Source of the DNA: Octopus vulgaris
Lineage: Eukaryota
Direction: 5' to 3'
DNA: 64,000 nt
NCBI GenBank assembly: GCA_951406725.2
Contig: OX597815.1
Location: forward strand, 88,908,001-88,972,000
The notes beneath the pieces were generated by a model. The model was not told the DNA's origin and made no database searches. It was given only the letters and a program-made list of their open reading frames with translations. The translations under genes and the position numbers were made by a program. This document shows positions 40,621 through 54,645 of the stretch, piece by piece (position 1 is the stretch's first letter; each line of letters opens with the position of its first letter).

Positions 40621-43600
40621 GATGTACATATGCATGCATATATTTACGTTTAAGCATATGAATGTGTATATGTGCATTTGGGTGCTTATATTCGTCAGTA
40701 TGTGTATTTGAGTGTGAAGAGGATTAGGTGCTATATATATATCTGTTTGTATACTAATATATATGTATGTATACCAAACATTCGTAAAGTTTTCCAGTTT
40801 ATTAAAATTATACATTCTAGATGTTAGCCGGAGAAAATGTTCTAAGTTTCAAAATCTTCCACTTGTTTATATTTTTTTAATTCTATTAGATGAGTGTATG
40901 AATATTTCAAATGTTTTGTTTTACGCAGACATAACTTCCGGCAAATAGTATTTCCATTTACATTTTGTAGTCTTATAATGAAATATATATTAATGAAATG
41001 CAATTCGGTAAGTACAGTAATTCCATAGTCTTTGTTTATTGTTCAATTTATTCCGATACAATTTACTAATAAAAAAGTAGAACAACAACTGATGGGAATA
41101 AATGTACTTTAATATATATGGGAAAAAAACTGGGGAATTCAACACGGCATAATATTTAAATATTACATGCTCATAATTGGCAAATACCAAAGGAGCTTCG
41201 TGCATGTATCTCATTGTAAACGTCATAATTAGAAGCTTCCTGTTCTCTTTCTCCCCGTATTTTTACATTTATTTGTCTAACTTCATATGTTCAACGAACT
41301 ATTATTTTTTTTCCTACTCTACTCTAAAGAAATTTGCTCTATATTATATAAAGTTGATTAGCAGAATCGCATGAGTATCGGACAAAATGTCTTGCGGTAA
41401 CTGATCAGGTTTCTTTCTGTTTTGAATTAAAATTCCACCACAGTCTCGCTTCCCCTTTCATCGTTCGAGAATGTATATTATGAAGTACAAATTAGGTAGT
41501 GCCGTAGTTGTAACTAATTAAACCTGTCCATCTAATTTCTAGTTTTGTAGCTATGTTATAAAATACCTCATGTTGCCCAAGATATCTATTGCCTTATACA
41601 TATCTGTATCTCTGTATATACTACTGTGTAGTCATCTCAAAAATTATGTTTTTCTACACTACGCACAATGCTGAAGATACGAATTTCACCTGCTTAACAA
41701 ACTCTATAATGTTCTTCAGGATATCAATTCAAATTTGTTCTGATTTTTTTTAAGGTGAAAAATATTAGCTAGAAAAAAACAACACATTCTTCCTAAAGGT
41801 TAACTTAAAATCTCATTTACTGCAAAGGTAGCTTGCTAAAAGCATGTTCCAAAATTTAAATTTTTCTCACTGCTCAAAAATAAAGAAAACATTGTTAGCA
41901 TTGAATTCATGCGTGCTGTTTTCTGTCCTTCCACATATTTTCTATCACGTTATGGATTCATTGATTTTAAAATCAGTGATAAAAGAATAACTGATTTCTT
42001 TGGGATATTTTCAGCTTCATTTCATTTTCTGTGTCCCATTCCATTTATTCTCGCTTCATCATATCATTTCTGTTGCCAGCCTATTTTCGTGTCTAATGAG
42101 ATGATGCTCGCTCACCTCATGCAAAAGTAGACACGGTGATACACACACACACACACACACACATACACACAGATACACACACACACACACACGCACACAC
42201 ACACATACACACAGACACACATACACACACACACATACACACACACACATATAAATATATTCAGGAACAGTCTAATAATTTGAAAACAGACATTCATCAT
42301 GAAATTAAACATGTTTAAATTTCTTTTAAAATAAGTGACTATAAAATACTAGAAATCGAAGTTAATTATTCGGAGTGAATACAAGTACTGCGGATGATAG
42401 CTGATATGAAGGACTTACCTAAAAAAAAAAAAAACAGAATAACTTATGTTGAATGCTTTTTTCAACTGGGTCTTTTAAACAGATATTTGAATGTTGTGCT
42501 GCAGCAAAATGTATTGATTTTTATCATTATTACTATTTTTCGTTTGTTGTTAATCTCCAGGTTAGCTCTGAATAAGCAGGAATATAATCAATTGCATTCA
42601 ACTCTCAGTCATCTTGTCCTTATGTAGGACTATATTGTTTTCTTTCAAACGGTAAAATATGGCTTCATAAAAATGTGGTTGCTATTGCTAGTGTGTCGAG
42701 CGCCCAAAGATAAACCTGGTGCTTTATTATTCATGGAGAATTGCAGTTATGCGCCGCTGCTCCCAATAGTGACCTGTACGGTTCTGTCCCAGTCCTTTAC
42801 AGCAAGACAGGGTGTGGTTTTTAATGTGAGTGCCTTTGTCACATACATTATGCTAGGCCAGTAATGAAGTAGGAGGCTTGAATTCTACAACTGATTGCTT
42901 GTTACGTAATGGCTAGGAAAAGATGAAATACTTATAGCAAAACTTTTGCAAAGAAAATATCGGATCATTATTTCTACTTCACTTGCATTATGCTGTATTA
43001 TTTTAAAACATAATATTTTCATATTTATGCAAATTAGTAACTTATTTATAACCAAATTCGGTAATCATTATCAAATAAATAAATCTGGTGGAGATAACAG
43101 TTACGATGCCTGTCACTTTGCTTCTGCGTATAACAGTACTCTCAGCATTGATTAAATTTTCAATAAACAAGATTTCAGTGCAACAAAAGAAATAACACGC
43201 AAAACTACGGGTACAAACTCCCGGGGGAACATCTATATGGATGAATAATATACCGGAATTAACAAGTCCAAATCTCATTCAGATCACAATCTGTCCTACT
43301 GAAATGGAGAACCAAACAATGGATAATGTAGCTCTAGATATCCCTAAAAGTAAATAAGTTCTGGTTCTGGTTATCGCAATCTTTGATTTTAGGTATACTC
43401 AGTCAGAACTGACTTGGGGTTAAATGTGTTAGGTGTGTGTGTGCAGGTTTGTATACGTATATATATATATATGCGCACGTGTAACACATGTTTGATTATG
43501 CGTGTGTATGTGTGTGTGTATTTGTGATAGATAAAACCGAAGACAGCCTCGTATTTTTCCTTTCCAAAAGGGTTTTTACATCTGATATTCACATAGTATC

Positions 43601-43659
43601 TTTAGCATAATAGTATCTAAGGTAAAAATGAATAAGCCAATGACTAGGGAAATATTTAT

Positions 43660-44773
43660 TCATTGTCATAATCTCCATTGCTTTCAATGACTACTTCCAT
43701 CTTTCAACAATCTTATAAATGCCTCGCTTGTAAAATTCTGTAGATCTAGAACCAAAAAATGAATCCAACTCATTTTCAATCTCTTCTCTTGTTGTTAACG
43801 TAAGTCCATCAAAATGATTCTGTAGTCCTTGGAACAAATGGTAATCAGTAGGAGCATGATCAGGAGAATATGGAAGATGAGGCAGTATTTTCCAACAAAG
43901 TTCTTCGTCATGGAAGATGACACCCTTTCTGTAAACCAAGGTTGCTCGCTTTTGGCTCAGAACTGTTTTCAAACGACGAAGTTGCTCACAGTGAAGATTA
44001 GCATTAATTGTTTGGTTGTTGTCCAACAGTTCATAATGGATTACTCCTTTAATATCCCACCATACTCTCAACATGATCTCCTTTGGATGACGCCCTGCTC
44101 TCGGTTGTTGAACTGGCCGTTTTCCTCGACTAATCCGAGAACGGCGGTGTTTAACATCATTGTAAAGAATCCACTTCTCTTCACCTGTTACAAGCCTGTC
44201 TAAAAATGTTGCTTGGAAGTGTCGCGAAAGCAATGATTCACAACAAGCAGCACGCTGTTGTCGAGTCTCTGGAGAGATCCATTTCCAGTCACTGAAACCT
44301 GTCCACGGTTGTATGGGCTACGATTAACTGTTCTGCAAGTTCCCTAGTGGTAACAGGAATGTTCTCCGAAATAGGAGCTTCCAACATTTCGGAATCAAGT
44401 TTTTTGGGATGACCCTTTTTGGATCTTCTTTTAAAGTGAAAGTACCACTTCGGAATCGGGAAAACCACCTCCTGCAACTTCTTTCATTCATTACATCAAC
44501 CCCATAAGTGCTCTGAATAGATCTTGCTGCTGCACTTGCATTAGCACCTTTATGAAACTCGTAAGGTTAAACCATTCTTATGTGATCTTTAGATGTGACA
44601 AACATGGTGGTAAAATCTTGTGAGAAATATGGCCAGAAGTTAGATAATCTGAAAGAAGATAGTATAAATTAGACACAGAGATATCTTAAAACTATAAGAA
44701 GAGGTTTAAAACTTATAAATTCGCTCTGAAACCTTTATTCTAGAAATCAGACATCACTTTTGCACCAATCTGA
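43660..44773 (-). mobile_element. Mariner transposon (Hsmar1/cecropia-like TIR) with a disrupted transposase
   Basis: 5' TIR ATCAGATTGGTGCAAAAG; ATG at 44605; RRWFSRFRSG HTH, TGEEKW (catalytic D to E), WWDIKGVIHYELL, deletion after FHD, PYSPDHAPTDYHLF; 3' TIR not seen. Confidence 0.95.
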
Positions 44774-44796
44774 TATATACACACACACACACACAG

Positions 44797-44845
<49 letters not shown>

Positions 44846-44969
44846 TATATGTATGTATGTATATATAAGGTTGTAAAGTTTTCCCATATCGAAGTTCGAT
44901 ATGCTGAAAAATGTTATTTTCTAGTTCACAGTTAGTAACTGGGATTGCTATGAATGTGAATAAAATTTT

Positions 44970-45312
44970 AAATTTAGGGAAAGGAGTAGATAAAATCTAG
45001 GCTACATGTTTCCAAGCTAGCAGAACCTCGGAAGTAGTAATTACTCAATGAGAGGTGCTCTTGTAGCTACATATCTAATCAACGATACCTTAACTAAATG
45101 AAGGCTACATTGTCGTCAAGGGATCCCTTGTTAACTCGCAGGAGATTTGATCGAAAAGCCCTTTGGCAACAGTGTAACCATCATTTGTCTAAGGTATCTT
45201 TGGTCTGAATAGCTAACGGAGTACCTCTCGTTTGGGTAATTACTACTTCCGAGGTGCTGCTAGCTAGGAAACATATGTAACCTGGATTTGATTTACTGCA
45301 TTCCTAAATTTG
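44970..45312. repeat. Long imperfect inverted repeat (~150-bp arms) in an element between (TA)n tracts
   Basis: For example GCTAGCAG.ACCTCGGAAGTAGTAATTAC pairs with GTAATTACTACTTCCGAGGT.CTGCTAGC. Confidence 0.85.
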
Positions 45313-45313
45313 T

Positions 45314-45358
<45 letters not shown>

Positions 45359-45360
<2 letters not shown>

Positions 45361-46243
45361 AATAAGAAACAATAAAAGCTATAAAACAAATGAAGTCCAA
45401 ACTAAAGCTAGAACAGCAATGCTCCATGATAAAACAATGACAAGAAAAGCCCCTTTATGGCAAATACTGGGCTAAACTAAATGCAAAAGAAATAGACAAA
45501 GAAAAATCCCAGCAATGGTTGAGAAGCTTAGGACTCAAAGCAGAGACAGAAGGATTTTTAATTGCAGAACAAGACCAAAGCATCCGCACCAGGGATTACC
45601 GAAAGCATATAATGAAAAGAAACATAACAAGTAACTGCAGAATATGTGGAGATGGACAAGAAATAATAAATCATATTATCTCTGGGTGTTGAGTCCTGGC
45701 TAAGAAGGCATATATTCACAGACACAACAGTGTTGGGACCTACATACATTGGAAGCTATGCTAACACTATGGAATAACAACAGAAAAAGATAGTATAAGC
45801 ACACGCCAGAAAAGGTAAAAAAAAACGAGAAAGCAGTCATACTCTGGGATATACCAATACACACAGACAGAGAAATTAAGGCCAATACGTCAGATATAGT
45901 TGTCAGAGATCATGAAGAAAAAATGCTTTCTAATTGGTGTATCAATACCAGCAGATGACAACATTTCTCTAAAAGAAATGGAGAAAATTTCAAAGTACAA
46001 AGACCTGGCAATAGAGGTAACTCGAATGTGGAATCTAAAAACAGAAACAATTCCTATCATAGTGGGCGCTTTAGGTATGATAAAAAATATTCAGACAAAT
46101 ATATAACAAAAACACCAGGACTTGTACATATATATAACATACAGAAAATTGCACTACTGGGCACCGCACACATCCTACGCAAAACACTTTCAATACAGTA
46201 ACCATAAGAGCATCACAGCAAACCACAGCACATACCCAACGCG
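45359..46243 (+). mobile_element. RLE-type LINE 3' half
   Basis: LKAETEGFLIAEQDQSIRT, CRICGDGQEIINHIISGC, HRHN, SDIVVRD, LIGVSIPAD, EKISKYKDL, PIIVGALG. Confidence 0.92.
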
Positions 46244-46313
<70 letters not shown>

Positions 46314-46344
46314 GTTATTGTTATTTTTATTAATATCATTATAT

Positions 46345-46940
46345 GGGTTACGATATTATGGAAATAATAAAGAATGCATAAAAATAATATCAATAATGCC
46401 AATGAATACAAAAAAATACAAGGGAAAAAATAATTAAAGAACAATCACACAAAGAAATACATGGTGAATACTTTAAAGACCTGAATGCGGAAGCATTATC
46501 GAAAAGAAACTCATTGAAATTTATAAAACAAAGCAAATACTCAGTGAGAGAATAACAATATTATATAGTATTTACAAGACAGAAACAACTACTATGGAAG
46601 AAAAAAGGCATGCAGATATTGTAAAAAACCAAGGAAATTGTATGGCAATACAATGTGGAAAAATAGCACACACGAAATGTGAAGAGAGACAAGATGAGAT
46701 AACCAAGATAATGTTTGCGAACCTACTACAGCAATATAACATACCAAAAAAGAAAAAAAAACCCCAATAAATCAGAAGTGTGCAAATAGAAAAGGTAACA
46801 AGTGAAAAGGTTAAGATTTGAGTAGATAGCTCAGTAATAACACCAAAACATATAGAAAATAATAAACCCCATATTACAATATCTGACCACGAAAGAAAAG
46901 AAACAATAATAATCGAAATTGGAATAACATATGTCCATGG
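46345..46940 (+). mobile_element. Older RLE-type LINE fragment
   Basis: HGEYFKDL, CRYCKK and NKPHITISDHERKETIIIEIGI motifs; follows (ATT)n. Confidence 0.6.
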
Positions 46941-46994
46941 GTGGAATTTACCATGGCGGAATATACCGTGGTGGAATTTACCGAGGTGGAATTT

Positions 46995-47054
<60 letters not shown>

Positions 47055-47104
47055 AAACAAATTAGTTAGAAAATCTCTATAAGGGATGCAAACAGTGACT
47101 ATAC

Positions 47105-47585
47105 AGAGAGTTAATATTTATAGCTGCTTCAACATGGCTGTTTCGCAGGAAACAACGTTACTATCATTTTGACCTCAGGAATACACCTCCTCCAGCTGGT
47201 TATTCGATGCCATCTGCACCCGATATAAATTGCAAGCAGGAGATTGAACCCCTACAATCTACCAGACCGTGCGGTTCCGAGCTCTTCTCAGTATTACTGC
47301 TTTCATCTGTTATAGAGATCTTCTAACTACCTAATTTGCTTGTTGCAAAATCAGTAACTAGTTGTCACTTATTTTCTATATATTGTACGCCGCAGAAAAG
47401 TACTGGTACCTCTAGCGGACAAATATCCACCCACCGAGAACGAGCTGGAAAATAGTAGGGGTTCACTTCTCTGCATGCAATATATATCGGCTGTATATTA
47501 CATCGAATAACAAGCGGGGTCTTGCTGTTGGTTTAAATGGCTGTAACGTCGGAACAGCCATATAGAAGTGGCGACAAACATTACG
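47105..47585. mobile_element. Inverted pair of family H2 elements with decayed hammerheads
   Basis: Left arm (-) and right arm (+) share GTAGGGGTTCA..CTGC.TGCAAT.TATATCGG..CATCGAATAAC.AGC..ACAGCCAT; (TA)n on both sides. Confidence 0.7.
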
Positions 47586-47619
<34 letters not shown>

Positions 47620-47814
47620 CGCATGTATGATTGTCAGATAAATCTGTTCGTTTTTTTTTCTCCCCCTTTATATTGATCCTTGTTTTTCATCAACTAGTAA
47701 AACAGTACCTTGTTTTTCATTGTTGAACGAAACGCCTCGGGGACTGTTGAAGAACAACCGAAAAAGGCAACAACTGGAAGACAGTAGATGAAGAGAATAC
47801 AAAGGTAAAACTGG

Positions 47815-48115
47815 CACCGGTTGCATAGGAGACACTCCATATGCTGGATGAATTTCCTAGTAGACTGGAGCGACTCCTCGAGGAATAGCTTCTTTAATAT
47901 TATATCCTCATTGAACTGAACAGGTTGTCAGTAATACAAGTCTTGGTTAGTATTTCCTCTCCTTGAAACTTGAAGACTATTTATGTGCCTATTGCTCAGT
48001 AATAGCTCCTTCTCCGTACATAGTACAAATCTATTTTGCCGTTTTGGATGCTTTAGAACCTGGATTGAAAGCGAAGAGAAGCAAATACCGTATATGCTAA
48101 TTTTTTTCTACTCTC
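47815..48115 (-). mobile_element. Mariner transposase N-terminal (HTH) remnant
   Basis: Minus strand ICTMYGEGAITEQ*AHK...QPVQFNED...QSTRK. Confidence 0.7.
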
Positions 48116-50889
48116 CACTCCATCGTCATATGTCTAAAAGACATGTAAAATTTATTCAAATTTGAAAGACGATAGACAAAACTTGAAAGGAAAGAATAGA
48201 GATACAAAAATCCATAACAAACAACTATAAGAAATAGTTTTCGTATTAATTCTAATAACGTTGGAAAGAAATGAACGACTTTCTTTGAGAACTCTCACTT
48301 TCTCTCTCTTCGTCTTTCTGTTTAAATATATATGTATAGATATACACATATATATTTATATATATCACATACACACACACACACGCATGCGAACACACAA
48401 ACAGACACACACGCTCTCGCACACAAACACACACATATAGATATAAAGTCCCCGCTGAAATGCATAAGCTTAGAATCTTAATTAGAATTATCTCTATGAA
48501 AAAGACGACCATACACAGTAATGTATAATTAAAGAGGATTTTGTTAGTTGGAAATACTGATTAGAAATCATTTTAATAATCAGCGGGAAGCCACATGAAT
48601 ATATAGATTTTTCTTCCATATCCCAAGGATATTATCTCGTGTATAAGAGTGCTTGCAAAAAGAATACAACAAACAAAATTAGTGATTGATGTAATGTTAA
48701 TAGCATATTTATCCAACCTAAATAAAATATATTCGACAATGCAACATTTTCCTGGAGACACATACTATGTTCAACACCAACAGAAAGGTGTTTAACACCA
48801 ACAGACAGCCTTGATATATGTCAAACAGCTTTTGCCTGTAGTTTTACCCATCATTAATCTAAACTCCATAGTGTTAAAATAGGATGATGCCTTAATGGAA
48901 TGTGTTTCAATTATTAAATATTCAGAACGTATGCGAATACGTTTAGTCTCCTGAAAAAGAAAACAAAAATCATCAGAGAAAGTGAAAGTACTGTATGAAA
49001 GCTATATGCAGATAATCAGTTGCTCGCCGTTGTGAAATATGAAACGATGCAATCATTCATATATATATATAATTTAGATAGATACATTTCCTTAAAGGCA
49101 GAAATTAAAAGCAAATCAAATTGTGGATTACTCTTGTTTGTGATCGACGGTGTATAATGCTAGTGACGTCAGTGAAATAAATACCAGCGACCTCCTGGAG
49201 ATATTAAATCGAATATAATGTAATTAAATATGTAGCCTTGAGAAAATGTGTTTTCGCAGAATCTGAAGAGCGATGGGTCAAAATGTAATTTACTACAACT
49301 CTCTATATTCTGACTTCAAAACCCTTTATCGTCATATTTGCTGGGCGTCCATCCGTCGTCGGTCAAACAATATTCTCAAATATAACCGACTACAAGCAGC
49401 TTCCAAATTTGAGACCGAATGGTTTGTTTAAGGACTATAGATGTTTATTCTGAAATTGTTATGCCAATTTTATATTTCAGAGAAATTTTAAAGACAATTT
49501 TCAGAAAATGGTTTGAACCAATGACTCTAAAATGAAGACTTGGTCCGATGGAGTTTTGCATCGTCATCTACGCTGCTCGACTGGAATAGCTATTAATATT
49601 ACACATTAATAACTGGTTAATTTCAATAACGTGTTGGCGTTGAGACATTATTAAGCTGATTAAAATTTCAATTGGCCTTAATTGGATAAACTGAGGCATT
49701 TACGAACAGATATTCACTAATGGTAATTAATTTGCTAGCTTTATCTAATCAAACCTAATTACCTCAACGGGCTAAACTGCAACGCATATCCAAATTATAT
49801 AATACTTTACACGTCATACACAAGAGGAATGATACATTTTAAAAACTATAAATAGTGTTTATTAATTCATGTGGAAACGTTTAATCCTTGCTCATAAATC
49901 TCTGATTGCACAAAGTAATTTTTTTAAGATCAAATAGTGGAATCGAAAATTTGATTTAACGCCGAAGAATTACAACCTGTATTCCATCACCTGTGTAGCA
50001 CTAAAACAAAATGAATCTAGATTATTAACTCACCAAAAGCTTGGTCTATGTTAACAATTAATAACGCAAGCTCCGTGTTGTCGACAAGGGCTTCAACAAC
50101 TTGTACGTAAAGTTTAAATTTTGTATACACACTATTATGAAATCGTTCAATTACTAGCGTCCAGAGATTGGCTCAGTTCTGCAATAAATTATAAACAAGC
50201 GAGCATTTATAAAACAGACTTGGTGTGTAAGATACAGTTTTATAGAATACTTACTTAAAATTGCTTCAAAGCAATTGTTCTGAAACTTCCTTATTAATGC
50301 TAACTCCTTGATTAGAAATGTACACAAGTAAAGGTGAAATGCGCAAACATTGCAATATAGAAATATCTCTGTTCGTGTTCGAAACTATAGTAAAAGAGTC
50401 ATATATCGATAACATTTCATGAATTATAGACGAATATACACGCAAGAGAAATATAAATCTATATGCACATAGTTTCATTTAAAGTGAAGTTCATAAGATT
50501 ACCATACCTTCTGCTCCTGTTTCCTCTTTTCCACGTTTCTTTCTTCGACTAAGAGTGAGCTCACGTGCCCAGTATGTTGCCGAGAATCGAACCTGACATG
50601 TTACAAATGTAAAATCGTATTTAAGCTGATTGAGTGTAATAATTTGTTTAAGCCTGTTGCTGTGCACACACAAATACACAGATACACACATACACATACA
50701 TTCGCATATAGCCACGCACTTCCATACATACTCGCACATGATTCCAAATTCACAGAGACATCCATACATGATCTTACCTGTGTCTGTTTTCAAAATGTTT
50801 GTCACTGTTCCCCAAATTCTAGTAACACAATTATGTGAACTCTTTTCTACCACTCGAGTATTTCAGATTAGAGTAATACACTAATATTT

Positions 50890-52300
50890 CGTTTGTGTTT
50901 ATATTTACCCTGGTGTTAAACTGTTAACGATACCTATATCCTGTTCGTTGTACTCTCTTCTTCTTTTGGCAGGTATTGAAAAGTTCTACGACATCCTGAC
51001 TTCATCGACGGTTTGCATAAAATAGGCGACGCTGTTCATATTGTTTATGTCTTAATTCGGGTTTTCTGATTTTGGCAGCTTTTGTCAATACTCCCAACAT
51101 TTTCTTAATATGATACATTTCTTCTAATCTGCCTTTCTTTTCTTAACACTTTAGGTTATGCTGCTTCTAGTGGTTCACTTATATATTTTAAGGTCACTAA
51201 TGTTTTTATTAGTAGCAGGGTATCTGCTGGCCCTTCTTTTACCGTAACATATCTGCAGCTATATAAGCACCTGTTAATCTCAATGTGTTAGTATCTTTAA
51301 TGTTTCAACCGTTAATCGTATGAACCCTACTCTTTAGTTTTGTTGATTTTCCTTAACCCTAGTTCAATATATCATCCTCAGACTAACTGAGTCTAGGAAC
51401 TCCGGTTCCTTCAATTTCTGCTTCGGTTTCGATAATTCTGAGTTGAAACTATTGTTATCCCATTCCCTATCTTCTTGGCCAGTTTCGTGCCATTGTTCTA
51501 TCTACGGGCACTATATTCTCCTGGCTGGGTAGTATATTCGCATCCTCCCGATTCTCAGAAAAGTTATTGTCATGCAGCTGATATTTATATGTTGATATGT
51601 GGTTCTTCGTATTCTAGGTTGATATTTCTCTGTATTCGTTCAGTATCTTTGTCAGAAATATATTTTCCATGCTTGATGCACAATACTTGGCATGCTAGCT
51701 AGTGTTCAACGTGTTTGAGTATTATCATATTGTTTTATATGTCTATAGCATTTTTTTTCAGAATTCTCTCATGTTTGCTTCACTCTTAAATAACATTCCA
51801 ATATCTATCTTGTGGATTTCAATTTCCCACTTAATTATTTGCACAGCAGTATGAAAGTGACGACTGGATCTGTGCTTCGGTGAGACATCGCACCGACTGG
51901 CGACAAAGTTGTTTTTTAAATACAAATTTATGATGACTTATTTTAGAATACACTACTTCCAGAATGAAACCATCTTCTTCACTTCAGGCAGATTCGATTC
52001 TGTCTGTGCTCCGGGTTCGTTGAGACTCCATCTCTAGACGGGTTACCGGCAGTACTTACGGAGACTGCTGCTCGCTAAGATTGGTTGTACCGTTCAGATT
52101 ACCATACCAATACATTATCCCTCGCAGATACTATGATTTCTCTCGACCATGATCCGTTGTTAAGGATATTGGAGTTCTCTCAGGCTATTGTGAATAAAAT
52201 AATGTTGCTAAGCATAAGATAATGTATGTTTAAGTGGGATGGCCATTACCTCTTTTGATTCATCCGCTCTTTGACAGGGTTTGTTTTCCGTCCAGTTGAG
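50890..52300 (-). mobile_element. 5' UTR and N-terminal region of an R4/Dong-like RLE LINE, decayed
   Basis: Minus strand IKWEIEIHKIDIGMLFKSE...NRCLYSC...YEQRRLFYANRR resembles the pre-RT region of this group. Confidence 0.5.
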
Positions 52301-53306
52301 TGTCCAAATATATAAAGCAAAAATCATAAAATTCCTCATGAAATAGAGTCAGCGGAGGCTGTTGCTTTAATCACAAAAACAAACTCGACATTTTTGTTCT
52401 CTTTGTGTCACTCCTCAACGAGCCGGCACCGAATGCTCATCGAATTATTTAAGAACACTTTAGAACATTTCTGAATGCCAGAAACACTCAGTTATTTTGT
52501 GTTGTTATTATTAATGATGAGTTTGTTCCTATTTTTCTAAGCTTCATATGAAATAAGAGATATGTTTCTCAGATGCAACTGATGTGATTTTCGATACACA
52601 AAAATAGTCAGTTAAGACTTAAGAGGGTGAAAATACATATAACCGTAACAATCAATCAGCTGTTTGTCAGTCACATATGTTCGTTCCTTTTTGCAACCTT
52701 TTCAGTGACCCGTGACTTCCTACTCACTCTAAGACTTGTTTAAATCTGTCTGAGAAATCTGAGAATTGGTCCTATGACTGTGTATGGATGTGTCTGTGTA
52801 GATGTGTGTTTCTTTAGAAAAGAAGGTAAACCAAAGGCTTTGTGTGTGTGTGTATGAGTGTACGAGCGTGTGGACGCGCATGTTGTCTTCTGTGTACGAG
52901 TATATATATATATATATATACACAATTGAATTACTTGTCTGTTAACAATGCCTCATATTATTGATAGAATGTGTAATAAAACACATCTATAGGTTAGCAA
53001 AATTCTGTATTATGATGAAATGAAACCCAATTCAATTGCATAGTTTATAGGTGTATTGTTTACATTGATTGTAACACAGTGTTCATTAAGATATCTTAAT
53101 GCATGTTTCAGGGAACACATACACATATACACACACACAAATGCATATCTATGTATATAAACACACAGACATGTACAAACATGTTTATGTAAATATACAT
53201 ACATACATACATGCATATATATATATATATATATATACGTGTATATATATGTATACATGTATATATAAATATATATATGGATATATCTCTCTATATGTAT
53301 ATATAT

Positions 53307-53356
<50 letters not shown>

Positions 53357-53910
53357 AATATAAGTACGTATGTATGCAGGCATGCACGTAGGTATGCAGG
53401 CATGTCTGTATGTGGTTGTGTTTGTGAATGTCTGTGTGTGTGTGTATGTTTCCTTTCAGTTTCTATTTGTAAGTACTTTGAGATTTTTTTTTTCGAACGT
53501 GTAACACATGCGAAAATTACATATACGGTGGAAGGATAAATAACATGAAACAGTGAGCCTGGTGAGATCTTGAAATTAAACTTCGTATCATATTAAAAAC
53601 ATTCAATTATGAATTATACCTGCAAATTCTGAAAACAATCCTGTCATTCATATATTTATGGATGAACATCTCACGCGAGATTAAATGCATCATGTATTTA
53701 AATGCATATGTCAATATATGTGTAATTATATGTTTGTAAAAGCACACATGCTTACATGTATATATACATATAAGCAATACAAAAAGTCAAAAGAATACTT
53801 GCAGTCCTTTGAAGTTCGCTATAGAAAGAAATGAAGTGGTACATCGATTTGTGTGTGAGAGCATGTTTATAATACATAGATACATAGATTACATACGCAC
53901 ACATACACAG

Positions 53911-53953
<43 letters not shown>

Positions 53954-54058
53954 AACTTACTTGGAGATGGATGCGTGGCGTTCAATCAATAATAATATAA
54001 ATAATAATATAAATAATATATATATATATAAATAAATATATATGTATGTATAAATGTA

Positions 54059-54125
<67 letters not shown>

Positions 54126-54129
54126 ATAC

Positions 54130-54645
54130 ATGCATATATGTGTACAGGATGTCACTAACAGTAAACAACATGAGATACGAAAACAAATGACTTCAATACG
54201 CAAACAATGGGAGAAACAAATGGAAAACAGGACAGTGGAGAATACTAGGAAACCTTACGAAAAGAAAAAATGACGTTCGCTAGACTAGAAAGAAGGTAAA
54301 ATAGCGAACGCTGGAAACATATTTTCTTTTACAAGAGAAAAGATGCAAGAAAGGTTCGGTTTCCTTGTATGTCTCCACTGTCCTGTCTTTGTTTCCAACT
54401 GTGACCTTCCATAAATCCCAAATTTTATTTTGTGTACTTATGGGAGCAACTGTCTTCAAAGACTCATATTGTTGATGAATGCTCGAAATGAGGAGAAGAT
54501 AGACAGCCGACAACTGATGAAGGGTCGTTCTTCATATTACTTGTCTTGTTTTCTATTTGTTTCTCTCGTTGTTTGCACATTAAAGTAATTTGTTTTAGTA
54601 TTTCATGTTGTTTACAGTTGGTGACGTCCTGTACCCATATATGCA
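54130..54645. mobile_element. Element with ~110-bp terminal inverted arms (Penelope-type inverted pseudo-LTR or MITE)
   Basis: GTACAGGATGTCACTAACAGTAAACAACATGA pairs with TCATGTTGTTTACAGTTGGTGACGTCCTGTAC; sits in TA-rich microsatellite. Confidence 0.7.

Noticed and set aside
43691-44233. 180-aa mariner ORF as a domesticated or active transposase
   Set aside because: The first catalytic D is changed to E, there is a deletion after the second D, and there are upstream stops and frameshifts
51840-52450. Possible HDV-like ribozyme in the RLE LINE 5' UTR
   Set aside because: Expected by analogy with R2/R4 elements, but I could not assemble the nested double pseudoknot by eye
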